DNA from: a phage
Length of the DNA stretch: 64,000 bases
Sequence record: PX880102.1
Direction: 5' to 3' (one strand)
Positions 43,825 to 53,755 of the stretch are shown piece after piece. The position numbers were made by a program, and so were the translations under genes. Under the pieces are notes generated by a model. It saw only the letters and a list, made by a program, of their open reading frames with translations, did not search any database and had not been told where the DNA came from. Position 1 is the stretch's first letter. Each line of letters opens with the position of its first letter.

Positions 43825-45642
43825 CTGGCTCATCCATTCTTTACGAAGGTCAGCATTATCTCCCATGAGCATTTCAAAAAGCTCTTTCCAGTTCTCAGGA
43901 AGTTTAACAACATCATATACTGGGTTTTGAATCATCTCACGATATTCAGATTTTTCCAAAGAGCCAAGTCCCTTAATATAACGGATGCTATGTTTAGGTA
44001 GAGCATCTTTGGCACTCTCATATTCAGCGACTGTATAAAACCATTCTTGTTTTTTACCGACCTGAGCGATGATTACAGGAGTTTTGACAAAGCGAATTCT
44101 TCCTTGTTCAAACAGTTCTGGCCAATTACTAAAAAATCCGAGCAGAGAAGGATAAATGCTTCCTAAACCATCATGGTCAGCATCAGTCATAATAGCAATA
44201 TTATGATAATTCAAGTTTTCGGCTTTTTCACCGAGAACTAATCCCGTGATTGCGCAAATATCAAACAGTTCTTTGTTTTTAAGCATATCAGCATATGACA
44301 TACCCCAACTGTTGAGAACTTTACCACGCAATGGATAACCACCGTGAAGTTCTTTATCACGAACATCAATAAGATATCCGATAGCAGAATCACCCTCAGT
44401 CAAGAAAAGAGTAGTGTCAGCATCTTTACCACAAAGATTCGCTTTGATATGTTTATGAACCTTAGCTTTAGAAGCCTTTTTAGCTGCTTTAGTTTCTGCT
44501 GCTTTTTCTGCCGCTAATTTACGGGCCAAAGCAGCTTCAATAATCGGCATTAAAATTGCTTCATTATTTAGAATAGCGCGTGAAATCTTTTTAGCATCAA
44601 GCTGAATATGACTACGAATTTCACCAAAAGGAGAAGTAAGTCGTTCTTTAGTTTGAGAATCAAATCGCATGTTTTTCATATCACGAACAAACATAACGAT
44701 AGTCAAACATTCTTTGACACGTGCTTTAGTTACATCAATTTTGAACTTACGTTTGATTTGTGGAATAAGGTCTTCACAAATATCATCCATAACACAGTCA
44801 ATGTGATGGCCACCATTCTTAGTGTGAATGTTATTCACATAAGTTAATTGACGAAATCCATCCGGTGAACGACCAACAGCAATAGAACAATTTTCTTGTT
44901 CTTGAACAATAGCATGTTCATCATACTGTCGTGCATATTTCTTAAAATTGCCCTGAACCTTTTTACCATTAAAGGTAAATTGAATATCAGGATAAACAAC
45001 AGCAAGTGTCTGGAGACGATCTAGTGTAATGTCAAGATAAACTTGGGACAGCTCATTAGTTTCAAATGACATAAAATCTGGAATGAAAGTAACACGAGTT
45101 CCTTTCCATTTTCCAGGAATAGTTTCCCAGGATTTATTTTCCATGCCATTTGAACAACGAACTACAATATTATTTTGACCATCGCCAGTTTCACCGACAA
45201 ACATCACAGAAAAAATGTTAGTTAAACTAGAACCAACACCATTCATACCACCGGTGACACGTTCTTTATCATCACCGAAGTTACCACCTGCTTTTGGAAT
45301 AGTCCAGGCGGCAACAGGACCAGGAATTTCTTCACCAGTAGGTGTTTTAACCATCGCTTGTGGAATACCGCGACCGTTATCTTCAACTGTTACTTGATTG
45401 TTTTTAATAGTAACATTAATTTTATTCGCGAATTTAAACTTAGTACGAATACCTTCATCTACTGAGTTATCGATAATTTCATCAATAAGCTTAACAAGAC
45501 CAGGTACATACTGAACACTTTCCCATTTACCAAACAGAAAGCGCTCATGCATTTCATTAGCAGAAGAACCAATGTACATGCCGCTACGCTTTTTGATATG
45601 TTCAATATCGCTCAGAATTTTAATTTCATTCTTAATCATCAC
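43822..45642 (-). CDS. 39: gp39 DNA topoisomerase II large (ATPase) subunit, unsplit 606 aa form
   Basis: GyrB-like ATPase plus TOPRIM in a single ORF. Confidence 0.9.
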   Translation of the reverse strand: MMIKNEIKILSDIEHIKKRSGMYIGSSANEMHERFLFGKWESVQYVPGLVKLIDEIIDNSVDEGIRTKFKFANKINVTIKNNQVTVEDNGRGIPQAMVKTPTGEEIPGPVAAWTIPKAGGNFGDDKERVTGGMNGVGSSLTNIFSVMFVGETGDGQNNIVVRCSNGMENKSWETIPGKWKGTRVTFIPDFMSFETNELSQVYLDITLDRLQTLAVVYPDIQFTFNGKKVQGNFKKYARQYDEHAIVQEQENCSIAVGRSPDGFRQLTYVNNIHTKNGGHHIDCVMDDICEDLIPQIKRKFKIDVTKARVKECLTIVMFVRDMKNMRFDSQTKERLTSPFGEIRSHIQLDAKKISRAILNNEAILMPIIEAALARKLAAEKAAETKAAKKASKAKVHKHIKANLCGKDADTTLFLTEGDSAIGYLIDVRDKELHGGYPLRGKVLNSWGMSYADMLKNKELFDICAITGLVLGEKAENLNYHNIAIMTDADHDGLGSIYPSLLGFFSNWPELFEQGRIRFVKTPVIIAQVGKKQEWFYTVAEYESAKDALPKHSIRYIKGLGSLEKSEYREMIQNPVYDVVKLPENWKELFEMLMGDNADLRKEWMSQ

Positions 45643-45691
45643 TTATCCTCGTTTGGTTTCGGGAATATTATACTCCGGCATTCATAAAGCT

Positions 45692-45709
45692 AAAGGCCCG
45701 AAGGCCTTT
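45692..45709 (-). other. GC hairpin between lipoprotein gene and gene 39
   Basis: AAAGGCCTTCGGGCCTTT palindrome. Confidence 0.4.
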
Positions 45710-45978
45710 TATTTAAAACGAATAGTTGAATCCTTAAAGAACAGCCCAGAACATACTGTTCCTTCTACTTTCTGCCCGGTAGGTCCAACAGCACGAAATC
45801 CAGTATGTTGGAAATCATTTTCAGAGCAACCGAACCAGTTATATCCAGTGATTTCAATATTCGTAAAACCACTTGATGATAAAATTTTAGTTGCATTATC
45901 AGCATCAGTACATCCTACTAAAGATACTGCTAATACTAATGCTGCGATAGAACGATTAACATATTTCATAATTTTCAC
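45709..45978 (-). CDS. putative lipoprotein (89 aa)
   Basis: signal peptide with lipobox SLVGC|T. Confidence 0.55.
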   Translation of the reverse strand: MKIMKYVNRSIAALVLAVSLVGCTDADNATKILSSSGFTNIEITGYNWFGCSENDFQHTGFRAVGPTGQKVEGTVCSGLFFKDSTIRFK

Positions 45979-46349
45979 TTAAATTTAATGGCTTGAAGGA
46001 GACTAATAATTCTCAAACGGCTTCTTTCATCTTTAACTGTAAAAGAAAGAGGGTCGCCAGATTTCATGGTAATAGTGCATTCAAAATCAAAATCTTCAGT
46101 GACTTCTTCGAAGAAGTCAAATTCTTCATCATAAATTAGAACACTACTTTGCAGACTGTGAAGAGTTTTTCCAGCATTTCTGCTAACTGCTGTACTAATC
46201 ATTGTAACATTATGACCTTTCATATCTTCAACGATAAATTCACTAGTCAATATTACAGCATTAATAGAACTATTCCTATTACTAGCAGAAAGTAGAAATT
46301 TCTTTTCTTCGCCTTCGCGAATACGATACTTCTTACCAATTTTAAACAT
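45975..46349 (-). CDS. hypothetical protein (124 aa)
   Basis: ORF track; ATGA coupling. Confidence 0.5.
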   Translation of the reverse strand: MFKIGKKYRIREGEEKKFLLSASNRNSSINAVILTSEFIVEDMKGHNVTMISTAVSRNAGKTLHSLQSSVLIYDEEFDFFEEVTEDFDFECTITMKSGDPLSFTVKDERSRLRIISLLQAIKFK

Positions 46350-46351
46350 AA

Positions 46352-46528
46352 TTACCCTTTAAGTAAATCGTAAAATCCACCATTCACATGCTTAGGAGCA
46401 GAAGGCCGACGAGTAGACAAACGATGACATTTAGGACAAACATCATTTTCTCGTTCAGAAATCTTTTTAATTTTTTCATATTCATGCCCGCAATCTTCGG
46501 ATTGGCATGTATAATCATACATTGGCAT
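46352..46528 (-). CDS. FmdB-like zinc-ribbon protein (58 aa)
   Basis: manual translation MPMYDYTCQSEDCGHEYE...CPKCH; two CxxC pairs. Confidence 0.55.
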   Translation of the reverse strand: MPMYDYTCQSEDCGHEYEKIKKISERENDVCPKCHRLSTRRPSAPKHVNGGFYDLLKG

Positions 46529-46530
46529 AA

Positions 46531-46956
46531 TTATTCCTTAAAATGGGCTTTCAGCATCTGATACAAAGACCACGCCTGTTCATTATTTTCAATAGTAACT
46601 TTCATGACCGGGAATTCTGTGAAATCTTCTATCTGTTCTTGCTCTTTCTCTTCCTGCTCTTGCTCTTCGGCTGCCTGGTATGGATTTTCCACTTCATCAA
46701 AGAACACAGCTTCGCTCGTTGAAAGCCAGATAAAATCTTCATCCAAAATATCTTTACCAGAAGATAACGCCAATTTTCCACTAGATGTCACAAGTTTAGT
46801 AGGACGACCAAGATAGTCAATATCTGTAACTCTAAAAGGTTCCATACCAAGACGACGTGCATAAATTCCGTTTTCAGTATGGTCCTTGATAAAATCTTCT
46901 TGAGCTTGTTTATTTTTAAATTGATACCATTTATTAACTTCAAATTTAATAGCCAT
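46531..46956 (-). CDS. hypothetical acidic protein (141 aa; possibly the T4 goF equivalent)
   Basis: ORF track; Glu/Gln-rich linker. Confidence 0.5.
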   Translation of the reverse strand: MAIKFEVNKWYQFKNKQAQEDFIKDHTENGIYARRLGMEPFRVTDIDYLGRPTKLVTSSGKLALSSGKDILDEDFIWLSTSEAVFFDEVENPYQAAEEQEQEEKEQEQIEDFTEFPVMKVTIENNEQAWSLYQMLKAHFKE

Positions 46957-47171
46957 TAATAAGTTTCCTTCCAGTAAGTTGTGCCATCTTCAGTAATTTC
47001 ACGAAACACACCATAAATTGGTTGTTTATCACCAACCTTTTCATACACATAAACCGAAGTCAAGTGAGTAAACTTAACAGTATGTTCCTTTTGAACTACT
47101 ACCAAATCTGGATCGAATAATACATCTTCAAATTCGTCATTAGTGCAGTTCTGAACAATTTTACGTTTCAT
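46956..47171 (-). CDS. hypothetical protein (71 aa; possibly the T4 cef equivalent)
   Basis: ORF track. Confidence 0.45.
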   Translation of the reverse strand: MKRKIVQNCTNDEFEDVLFDPDLVVVQKEHTVKFTHLTSVYVYEKVGDKQPIYGVFREITEDGTTYWKETY

Positions 47172-47184
47172 TACAATTTCCTCA

Positions 47185-47466
47185 TTAATTGAACAGTGGA
47201 GCGATGCGTTTCAGAAGAGTAGCAGCACCTTTGGCGAATTTTACATCATGAAAAACAGTTTCTTCTTCTGTTACAACACGAGCTTTAATGTTTTCACAAT
47301 CCCAATTTTTGCGAACAATCTTCAAAAGCTGCAGTAAATCTTTACATTCAGCAATATCGATAACACATCCACGAGAATCTTCCATTATCGCACGATAACC
47401 GTAAGCCATACCATAATCGTTGAAAGATTGTTCGATGATAATTAAGTTTTCCATTTTATTCTCCAA
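47185..47466 (-). CDS. hypothetical protein (93 aa)
   Basis: ORF track. Confidence 0.5.
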   Translation of the reverse strand: MENKMENLIIIEQSFNDYGMAYGYRAIMEDSRGCVIDIAECKDLLQLLKIVRKNWDCENIKARVVTEEETVFHDVKFAKGAATLLKRIAPLFN

Positions 47467-47480
47467 GTTGTTTTCTGTAT

Positions 47481-47519
47481 CAGTAGTTGATATTGATATA
47501 GTACCATAATCAACTACTG
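47481..47519 (-). promoter_or_regulatory. variant early-promoter region carrying an 11 bp perfect inverted repeat around the -10
   Basis: cagtagttgat (47481-47491) and atcaactactg (47509-47519) flank GGTACTATAT. Confidence 0.4.
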
Positions 47520-47551
47520 ATGTATATAGTTTTATGAAAAAATTTTAAACT

Positions 47552-48040
47552 TTATGCATAAAGAGCTTTGCTATAGTGTTTAATCCAGCTTTCAGGAATG
47601 ACTTTGTATGTTCCTAAAAATACCACATTATACAGCTTAACACCGTCTTCTACCCACTGATCGGTAATGTATGCGCACATAGCACGAGTATAAACAGCCA
47701 CACCATCATCTTTGATAAATTTAAATTCACAAGGAGCAATGAACTTAATAGCCTGACCGAGTTTCCACTTAAAGTCTACACCTACATGCGAAGTATCAAT
47801 CGTTTCAATTCCTTTAGCAGGAACAGCTTTCAAAAACGCAGACTCAAGAAATTTCGCACGAACATAGCCAAACTGAGGTTTAGACTTTCCATCTTTAGGA
47901 ATGATACGCACTTTTACTTCAGAATCTTCATCTTTAACGCCATGTTTAAGCTGAATGCTTACAATTTCAACCAATTTTCCTGCTGCTTTAGAGCGGGATT
48001 TATCAGATACACGAGCTAATTCACCAATATTAATAATCAT
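47552..48040 (-). CDS. motB: probable MotB (162 aa)
   Basis: size and position as T4 MotB; C-terminus shares a motif with the next gene. Confidence 0.5.
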   Translation of the reverse strand: MIINIGELARVSDKSRSKAAGKLVEIVSIQLKHGVKDEDSEVKVRIIPKDGKSKPQFGYVRAKFLESAFLKAVPAKGIETIDTSHVGVDFKWKLGQAIKFIAPCEFKFIKDDGVAVYTRAMCAYITDQWVEDGVKLYNVVFLGTYKVIPESWIKHYSKALYA

Positions 48041-48116
48041 AGTTATCTCTCACTTGTTAAAAAGATTTTATACTCCACAGGACCATTATACTCTGGTCCC
48101 AAGAGTTTGTAAACTA

Positions 48117-48659
48117 TTAATTCAAAATAGCTACCACTGCACTACGAGGTACTACACTAAAATCACCCGCATGAACAACGTTCAGAAGTTCAACACCATC
48201 TTCAATCCACTGGTCTGTTACCCAACCACAGACCGAAATAAATGGGGTCTTGATAGCTACAGCACGAGTTAGAAGGTCAGTAGGATCGCATTCTTGGAAG
48301 AGGATAAGCTCTGCTTCAAAGACTATAGTTTTAATTACTTCATCATTATCTAAGCGTTGTGCTCGAATCACGTAAGCTTTATTCTTATCATGCCAATTAC
48401 TTTTTGAAAAACTTTTAACCACAAACTCGCCTTCACCCAAAACACTGGTCAATGCTTTATAACCCAAACTTAGTTCAGTAGTTTTAATTTCAGTTTCAAC
48501 CAGTTTGTAGGTTTTGCCAATTTCGATGGTCCGAGCAGTCATAAAAGTTTCCTTAATTTCTAATGGTTTAACAAGAGTGCCGTACATGCTTGCTATATCC
48601 ATATCAAATATTTTATCTATAGGATTTGGGGTGTATTCAGGATTATAATTAAATTTCAT
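48117..48659 (-). CDS. MotB-paralogous hypothetical protein (180 aa)
   Basis: C-terminal VTDQWIEDGVELLNVV resembles ITDQWVEDGVKLYNVV in 47552..48040. Confidence 0.5.
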   Translation of the reverse strand: MKFNYNPEYTPNPIDKIFDMDIASMYGTLVKPLEIKETFMTARTIEIGKTYKLVETEIKTTELSLGYKALTSVLGEGEFVVKSFSKSNWHDKNKAYVIRAQRLDNDEVIKTIVFEAELILFQECDPTDLLTRAVAIKTPFISVCGWVTDQWIEDGVELLNVVHAGDFSVVPRSAVVAILN

Positions 48660-48661
48660 AA

Positions 48662-49165
48662 TTATCTCATTTCAATAAAATCTACAAGTTCAGCATGGGA
48701 TTTGCGGAACATTACTTGATGCCCGCCAATGATAACTTGGTCATCTGGCACTTCGTATACAGCAAGATAAAATCCTTTAGAAGATAATTCTTCACGCTCT
48801 TCTCGTGTGAACCATCTCATCATATCATATTCACTAGCGAAAGCAAAATGATACAATGCAATAAACCATCCTGGAATATGATATTCTACGCCTACATATT
48901 CTTCTTTCTCAAATTTAGTATTAATTGCTATATTAGCATTTTTAACTAATAATTTGTCTTCGCGTGGAAGAGGAATTCTTTTGTTATCATTACTATGATG
49001 CATAAAATTAGGTCTATCATAACCTACGTGTAATAACCACTCTTCGCTCCATGAATCTATTATACTCCTGTATGGCGTTATTTGAACACAAAGATTTCGA
49101 CGTATTGTTATAGCATCTTCACAATTAAGAATACTAAAAGATGATTCAACACGATAAATTTTCAT
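48662..49165 (-). CDS. hypothetical protein (167 aa from MKIYRV)
   Basis: ORF track 48662..49204 trimmed; upstream codons are promoter leader. Confidence 0.5.
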   Translation of the reverse strand: MKIYRVESSFSILNCEDAITIRRNLCVQITPYRSIIDSWSEEWLLHVGYDRPNFMHHSNDNKRIPLPREDKLLVKNANIAINTKFEKEEYVGVEYHIPGWFIALYHFAFASEYDMMRWFTREEREELSSKGFYLAVYEVPDDQVIIGGHQVMFRKSHAELVDFIEMR

Positions 49166-49189
49166 TTTATTATCCTCAGTAGCTATGGT

Positions 49190-49225
49190 GTTATAGTACC
49201 ACAACTAACCGAGGAAGTAAACAAC
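49190..49225 (-). promoter_or_regulatory. T4-type early promoter
   Basis: GTTTAC (49217-49222 rc), 18 nt, TACTAT. Confidence 0.5.
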
Positions 49226-49228
49226 TTT

Positions 49229-49912
49229 TTATCGTTTGGTTGGAAGAGATAGAGGATCGCACTCTTCCTCTGACGGAGCATCTTCAAGACCCATAGCATA
49301 TCGCAAAGCATACTTCATCATCAGGATGTCTTTCGCACAATCATGAATAGAATCATGCGCAACGAATCCGTCTAAAGTTCCCTTTGGAAGAGGACATGTG
49401 GTCATATCACGAACAAGCAGAAGTGCTTCAATTCTGGTACGAATATCACGCTGATTCCAGAATTTACATGGTTCTAACTTAAATGTATCAAGCTCATTCT
49501 CAGAAACGCCGTTAAAACGTTGAATATCGCGAATGAGATCAACTAAAATTGGAAAATCAAACGACATTCCACGGCACCAGCCTTGAGATTTCCAAGGATC
49601 GATGTTATGTGCATTGATGTAATCATTAAATTTTGCAATACCATCGATAGTGCTTACATCTTCATCCGATGGTGCAATATTTTTTCGAGCTTCAGGAGAT
49701 TGATTTTTCCACCATTCGATAGTGCTTTTAGTAAAAAGACGATGTCCTTTTTGGCTTTTTAAATCAAACTTGATTTTAATGCCGCGTGAAACTAATTCAT
49801 CAAATGTTTCAACTACTTCTGGATTAGGGTCAAAGGCAATAACAGCCAAATCAATAACAGCTGCCTTTTCACCGCTTCCCATTGTTTCAAAATCTATAAT
49901 AAAATCAAACAT
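49229..49912 (-). CDS. dexA: exonuclease A, DEDD-family 3'-5' exonuclease (227 aa)
   Basis: 227 aa; N-terminal DFETMG acidic motif. Confidence 0.85.
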   Translation of the reverse strand: MFDFIIDFETMGSGEKAAVIDLAVIAFDPNPEVVETFDELVSRGIKIKFDLKSQKGHRLFTKSTIEWWKNQSPEARKNIAPSDEDVSTIDGIAKFNDYINAHNIDPWKSQGWCRGMSFDFPILVDLIRDIQRFNGVSENELDTFKLEPCKFWNQRDIRTRIEALLLVRDMTTCPLPKGTLDGFVAHDSIHDCAKDILMMKYALRYAMGLEDAPSEEECDPLSLPTKR

Positions 49913-50187
49913 TAAATTTTCCTCGCTAAATCGCGAATTTGACCTACAGTATAATCTTGGATATAAACTTTATTAATGGGCTCATCAATAAATTTTGCCA
50001 TAGATTCAATATCTTTTTGTATCTCTTCAAGACTGTATACTATCTTTAAAGCTTTTTCGCGAATAGTAACATTATCAGGTCCTGGATTTTCTTGAATGAC
50101 AGCTTTAACATTTGTCATAAGAGATTTAAACTGCTGCAAACTTAATTCAATCATTAATAACCGCCTTATAAAGATGGCTAATTTCAC
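49912..50187 (-). CDS. hypothetical protein (91 aa)
   Basis: ORF track; paralogous pattern with neighbours. Confidence 0.45.
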   Translation of the reverse strand: MKLAIFIRRLLMIELSLQQFKSLMTNVKAVIQENPGPDNVTIREKALKIVYSLEEIQKDIESMAKFIDEPINKVYIQDYTVGQIRDLARKI

Positions 50188-50407
50188 CTAAAACATAATC
50201 ACTGATTGTAACAGTTTTCACTTCACCGCAAAAGAATTCTAATGCAATCAAATCTCGTTCAATTTCTTCCAATTGAAGCATTAACTTGCCTGATTCAATT
50301 TTCACGTTTTTGCGATTTTTACTATAAGCTATTTCATAAATTTCGCTCACTTTATCTTGAAGCAGATAAAACTGGTCTTTAGTTATTTCCACGAATAGCT
50401 TCCTCAA
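50147..50407 (-). CDS. hypothetical protein (86 aa)
   Basis: ORF track. Confidence 0.45.
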   Translation of the reverse strand: MRKLFVEITKDQFYLLQDKVSEIYEIAYSKNRKNVKIESGKLMLQLEEIERDLIALEFFCGEVKTVTISDYVLGEISHLYKAVIND

Positions 50408-50639
50408 ATTTAATCAGCAGCTTACAGACACTTTCATCTAGCGTAATTACCGTGTCTGTATTACTGTGATATGATTGTTTTTCAATTCGTTTAATTGCTA
50501 GTATAGTATCACTTATAAGATTAAGCTTATAAAGGAGCTCAGCTCCTGTTACCATAACACTGAGGTTATCTTGCTTATCAGTATGCTTCTTTATACCATC
50601 TATTAGACGATTTAAATATTTTGAATTGATGTTAATCAT
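50379..50639 (-). CDS. hypothetical protein (86 aa)
   Basis: ORF track. Confidence 0.45.
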   Translation of the reverse strand: MININSKYLNRLIDGIKKHTDKQDNLSVMVTGAELLYKLNLISDTILAIKRIEKQSYHSNTDTVITLDESVCKLLIKFEEAIRGNN

Positions 50640-50645
50640 ATATCC

Positions 50646-51965
50646 TCACACATAAAACACATCATAACGACCACGAGTGACACCAACATAAAGAAGCTGC
50701 TGAGCCAATTCAGCATCTGCATAATGAATACAAGGCGTATAGATGAAAGCACGGTCTACAGACATGCCCTGAGCTTTATGGAATGTTGATGCAGGAAGTG
50801 CTTTCACTTTACTAAACTGTGATTTAGCATCCCAAAAATCACTCCACGGAGCTTTTCCACCTTTATTCCAATTTTTATACGTTTCTGCCGTTTTACCTAA
50901 AAATAAGTTAAACTTATACAGCTCTTCATCAGATGAAATTATTTTAATCTTTTCACGATAATATTCATCATCGCCGTAAGTTTCTACTGTTAAATCCCAA
51001 TGACGAATTAGATATTCTCCAGAAACACCACGAGCTTTAACAAATGTTGATGTATACTCTGCTTCTATAATACGAACTAATTGTCCATTATTAAAAATAA
51101 TTTCTGACACAGGCTTTCCATCAATTTTATATGTTTTAATTAATGGTTCCTGCATTACAATAATTTCACCAACGATAAAATCTTTATCAGTTTCAAAAAT
51201 CTTTTTGCGAATAATGCTATTTAACTTGTCGACAGATTTATTCGTAAATGCCATTACGCGATTTTCAAACAAATCATCTAATGATTTTACGATTGAAAAA
51301 TAATTTACCATAAAATCGCGTAAAGCGGTATCACCAGTAAATCCACGTACTCCGTGCCCGTCAACAACTTTATCATAAATCCACTTACCGTTGCGAACAT
51401 CAGTAGCTACATCAATAATAGGAGCATTACTGCGTTTAACTTCAGTGAGTTCACACTGATAAAAATCTTTATGCGTAAAGAATGGACTGATATAAGCAGT
51501 GTTTTCTCCTGGGTCAACAGGTCTAATTTGCTTATTATCGCCTATTCCAATTATAGTACACCACGGCGGGATAGTTGAAAGCAGAATTTTAAATAGCTTT
51601 CTATCATACATTGACACTTCGTCGCAGATTAATACTCTGCATTTAGCTAAATCCGGTACTTCTTTTTGTTCAAAAAGAACGTTTTCTTCATATGTTACCG
51701 GGTTAATTTTGAGAATACTGTGAATAGTACTCGCTTCTTTCCCTGACAGTTTAGAAAGAATCTTTTTAGCTGCATGTGTAGGAGCTGCCAAAATGATACC
51801 AGTTTCGCCCGTAGATATTAAAGCTTCAATGATGAACTTAGTAAGAGTAGTCTTACCAGTACCAGCAGGTCCATTAATAGTTACATGATGTTTCTTTTCT
51901 TTAATAGCCCTCATAACGATGTTAAAGGCATTTTTTTGACCTTCGGTCAAATCATCAAATGTCAT
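50646..51965 (-). CDS. dda: Dda DNA helicase, SF1 (439 aa)
   Basis: Walker A GPAGTGKTT; 439 aa. Confidence 0.9.
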   Translation of the reverse strand: MTFDDLTEGQKNAFNIVMRAIKEKKHHVTINGPAGTGKTTLTKFIIEALISTGETGIILAAPTHAAKKILSKLSGKEASTIHSILKINPVTYEENVLFEQKEVPDLAKCRVLICDEVSMYDRKLFKILLSTIPPWCTIIGIGDNKQIRPVDPGENTAYISPFFTHKDFYQCELTEVKRSNAPIIDVATDVRNGKWIYDKVVDGHGVRGFTGDTALRDFMVNYFSIVKSLDDLFENRVMAFTNKSVDKLNSIIRKKIFETDKDFIVGEIIVMQEPLIKTYKIDGKPVSEIIFNNGQLVRIIEAEYTSTFVKARGVSGEYLIRHWDLTVETYGDDEYYREKIKIISSDEELYKFNLFLGKTAETYKNWNKGGKAPWSDFWDAKSQFSKVKALPASTFHKAQGMSVDRAFIYTPCIHYADAELAQQLLYVGVTRGRYDVFYV

Positions 51966-52273
51966 CGTAAATTCCCTGCAATTGGTATACTAACAATACG
52001 CCCAGTATCTAAAATTCGCCGATATAATCTTTGTGTGTCTACATCAGGCTTAACGTGTTTAACTTCTATTTTATTAAACCAAAACTTGCGTGGAGTTTCA
52101 ACTAATCTTGGAATTCCCATACCTAAAGCTAGTCGATACTGCTCTTTAAGAGTGGTAAATACTCTATCAGCAATCTCCCTTTCAAAAAATACAGCAGGAC
52201 GATGTTCATCAAGAGGAACAGGCACCGCAAATCCATCTTTATCTCTATACACTATCGCATATACATAAACCAT
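51962..52273 (-). CDS. hypothetical protein (103 aa)
   Basis: ORF track; ATGA overlap with dda. Confidence 0.5.
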   Translation of the reverse strand: MVYVYAIVYRDKDGFAVPVPLDEHRPAVFFEREIADRVFTTLKEQYRLALGMGIPRLVETPRKFWFNKIEVKHVKPDVDTQRLYRRILDTGRIVSIPIAGNLR

Positions 52274-52274
52274 A

Positions 52275-53030
52275 TTATCCTCGGATAAGTTTAAAAATTG
52301 AACAATTCAGCGGGTATCCTCTTTTCAGTTTAAGTTTATCAATAAAAGACAAGTTTTGATACCGCTCTACACCTTGAATAATTTTATCACACATATCATA
52401 TTGCATTTCTGCTTCTGACAACTTTTTCACAATTTTCCAATCCGAGCCTTTAAGAAGAACGTTCAATTTAACAACTTCAGCGCCTTCTGCTATGCGAGAA
52501 CCATCAATACGAGCTTTAAGTGCTATAATCGTTAGCTTAACGTCAGAAGTTTGTTTTGATTTAGAAAGCTGAGAAATGTGCTCAATTCGGTTTTCACGTT
52601 TTTTCTGTATAGCTTTAATTTGATTATAAGTCTTTTTGATTTTAGCCCATTTCTTTTCATCTAAATTTAATTTATGAACTTTTTTCGCAGATGAACGACC
52701 AATTCGCAAAGCAAATAAATCACGCTTTTCAATCAACTCTTCTAAAGTATAATCAGAACGAAATGTATTATACTTTTTCTTTACTGCAATAACGTTCCCT
52801 TTAATGTATCCAACGTTATTATCAAAACGTTCTAATGATAATTTCTCTCCTTCAATACGATTATCAAAAGGTTCTCCTGAATAGGCACAAACTTTTTGAT
52901 CTAAAATGTTCTTAATGTAATTGAAGTCTAAGTTAAAATCTTTAGAACGTCTTTTTGCAGATGCCTGAGTGTGCTCTAAACGACGTTTAATTTTACGAAT
53001 TTGATTATTAGACATATTATGCAGTTTCAT
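52275..53030 (-). CDS. hypothetical basic protein (251 aa; possibly the T4 Srd equivalent)
   Basis: ORF track; early promoter upstream; position between dda and modA. Confidence 0.5.
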   Translation of the reverse strand: MKLHNMSNNQIRKIKRRLEHTQASAKRRSKDFNLDFNYIKNILDQKVCAYSGEPFDNRIEGEKLSLERFDNNVGYIKGNVIAVKKKYNTFRSDYTLEELIEKRDLFALRIGRSSAKKVHKLNLDEKKWAKIKKTYNQIKAIQKKRENRIEHISQLSKSKQTSDVKLTIIALKARIDGSRIAEGAEVVKLNVLLKGSDWKIVKKLSEAEMQYDMCDKIIQGVERYQNLSFIDKLKLKRGYPLNCSIFKLIRG

Positions 53031-53062
53031 ATTTTTCTCACATCTTACGGACGGTTGACTAC

Positions 53063-53097
53063 TATACTATAACATTTTTACCTTAGCTTGTAAACAA
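53063..53097 (-). promoter_or_regulatory. T4-type early promoter
   Basis: GTTTAC (53090-53095 rc), 18 nt, TATAGT. Confidence 0.5.
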
Positions 53098-53152
53098 CTT
53101 TATGCAAAAATGCTTTAAAAATTTCATGGTATAATGAATCTAAGTCCTTCCA

Positions 53153-53755
53153 TTATAGATTAAATCCTTCAAAATCAAGAGTATAGATAGTGTATGTTGA
53201 ATACTTTTTATACTCATATCTATCTGCAATTCTAAATACACTTCCAGCTGGTATCATTACTTCTTGTTCATCTGAAACTAATTCCATATTACGATAACGA
53301 TGGCTATCCGGAAACTTAAAGTTTGGATTGTATTCTTTACAGCGTAGAGCTTTTATAGCATACTCCTGGAAATTGAATACCATAGGAGCTTTGAATTCAA
53401 AAATAACCTGTGTGTTATACTCTAAACCAGAAGCAAAATGTAGAGCTATATTTTTATCATATGAAGCTGATACGACTTTATCAAATGTAATAATATCAAT
53501 TCCTTGATTTAACACCTGCTTAGTCTCAGCTGGAACACCTCTCCAAAGAGGTTTATCGTTTGGAACCAAACGAGATTTGATTATTTCATTTAACCAAGTA
53601 TGGTCATCTGGTTTGTTGGTAATACAATGAATTAAAAGTTCAATTTCAGATAAATTAAACCCTTCAGAAAGTAATTCTTCACGAATAGAAGCACGCACCG
53701 ATGCATCCATTGATTTTATTTTAAAATCTTTTAGTTGCATTACTGAGTATTTCAT
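53153..53755 (-). CDS. modA: ADP-ribosyltransferase ModA (200 aa)
   Basis: 200 aa; paralog of adjacent gene; Arg/Ser/Glu-type ART motif pattern (LWRGV...). Confidence 0.75.
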   Translation of the reverse strand: MKYSVMQLKDFKIKSMDASVRASIREELLSEGFNLSEIELLIHCITNKPDDHTWLNEIIKSRLVPNDKPLWRGVPAETKQVLNQGIDIITFDKVVSASYDKNIALHFASGLEYNTQVIFEFKAPMVFNFQEYAIKALRCKEYNPNFKFPDSHRYRNMELVSDEQEVMIPAGSVFRIADRYEYKKYSTYTIYTLDFEGFNL

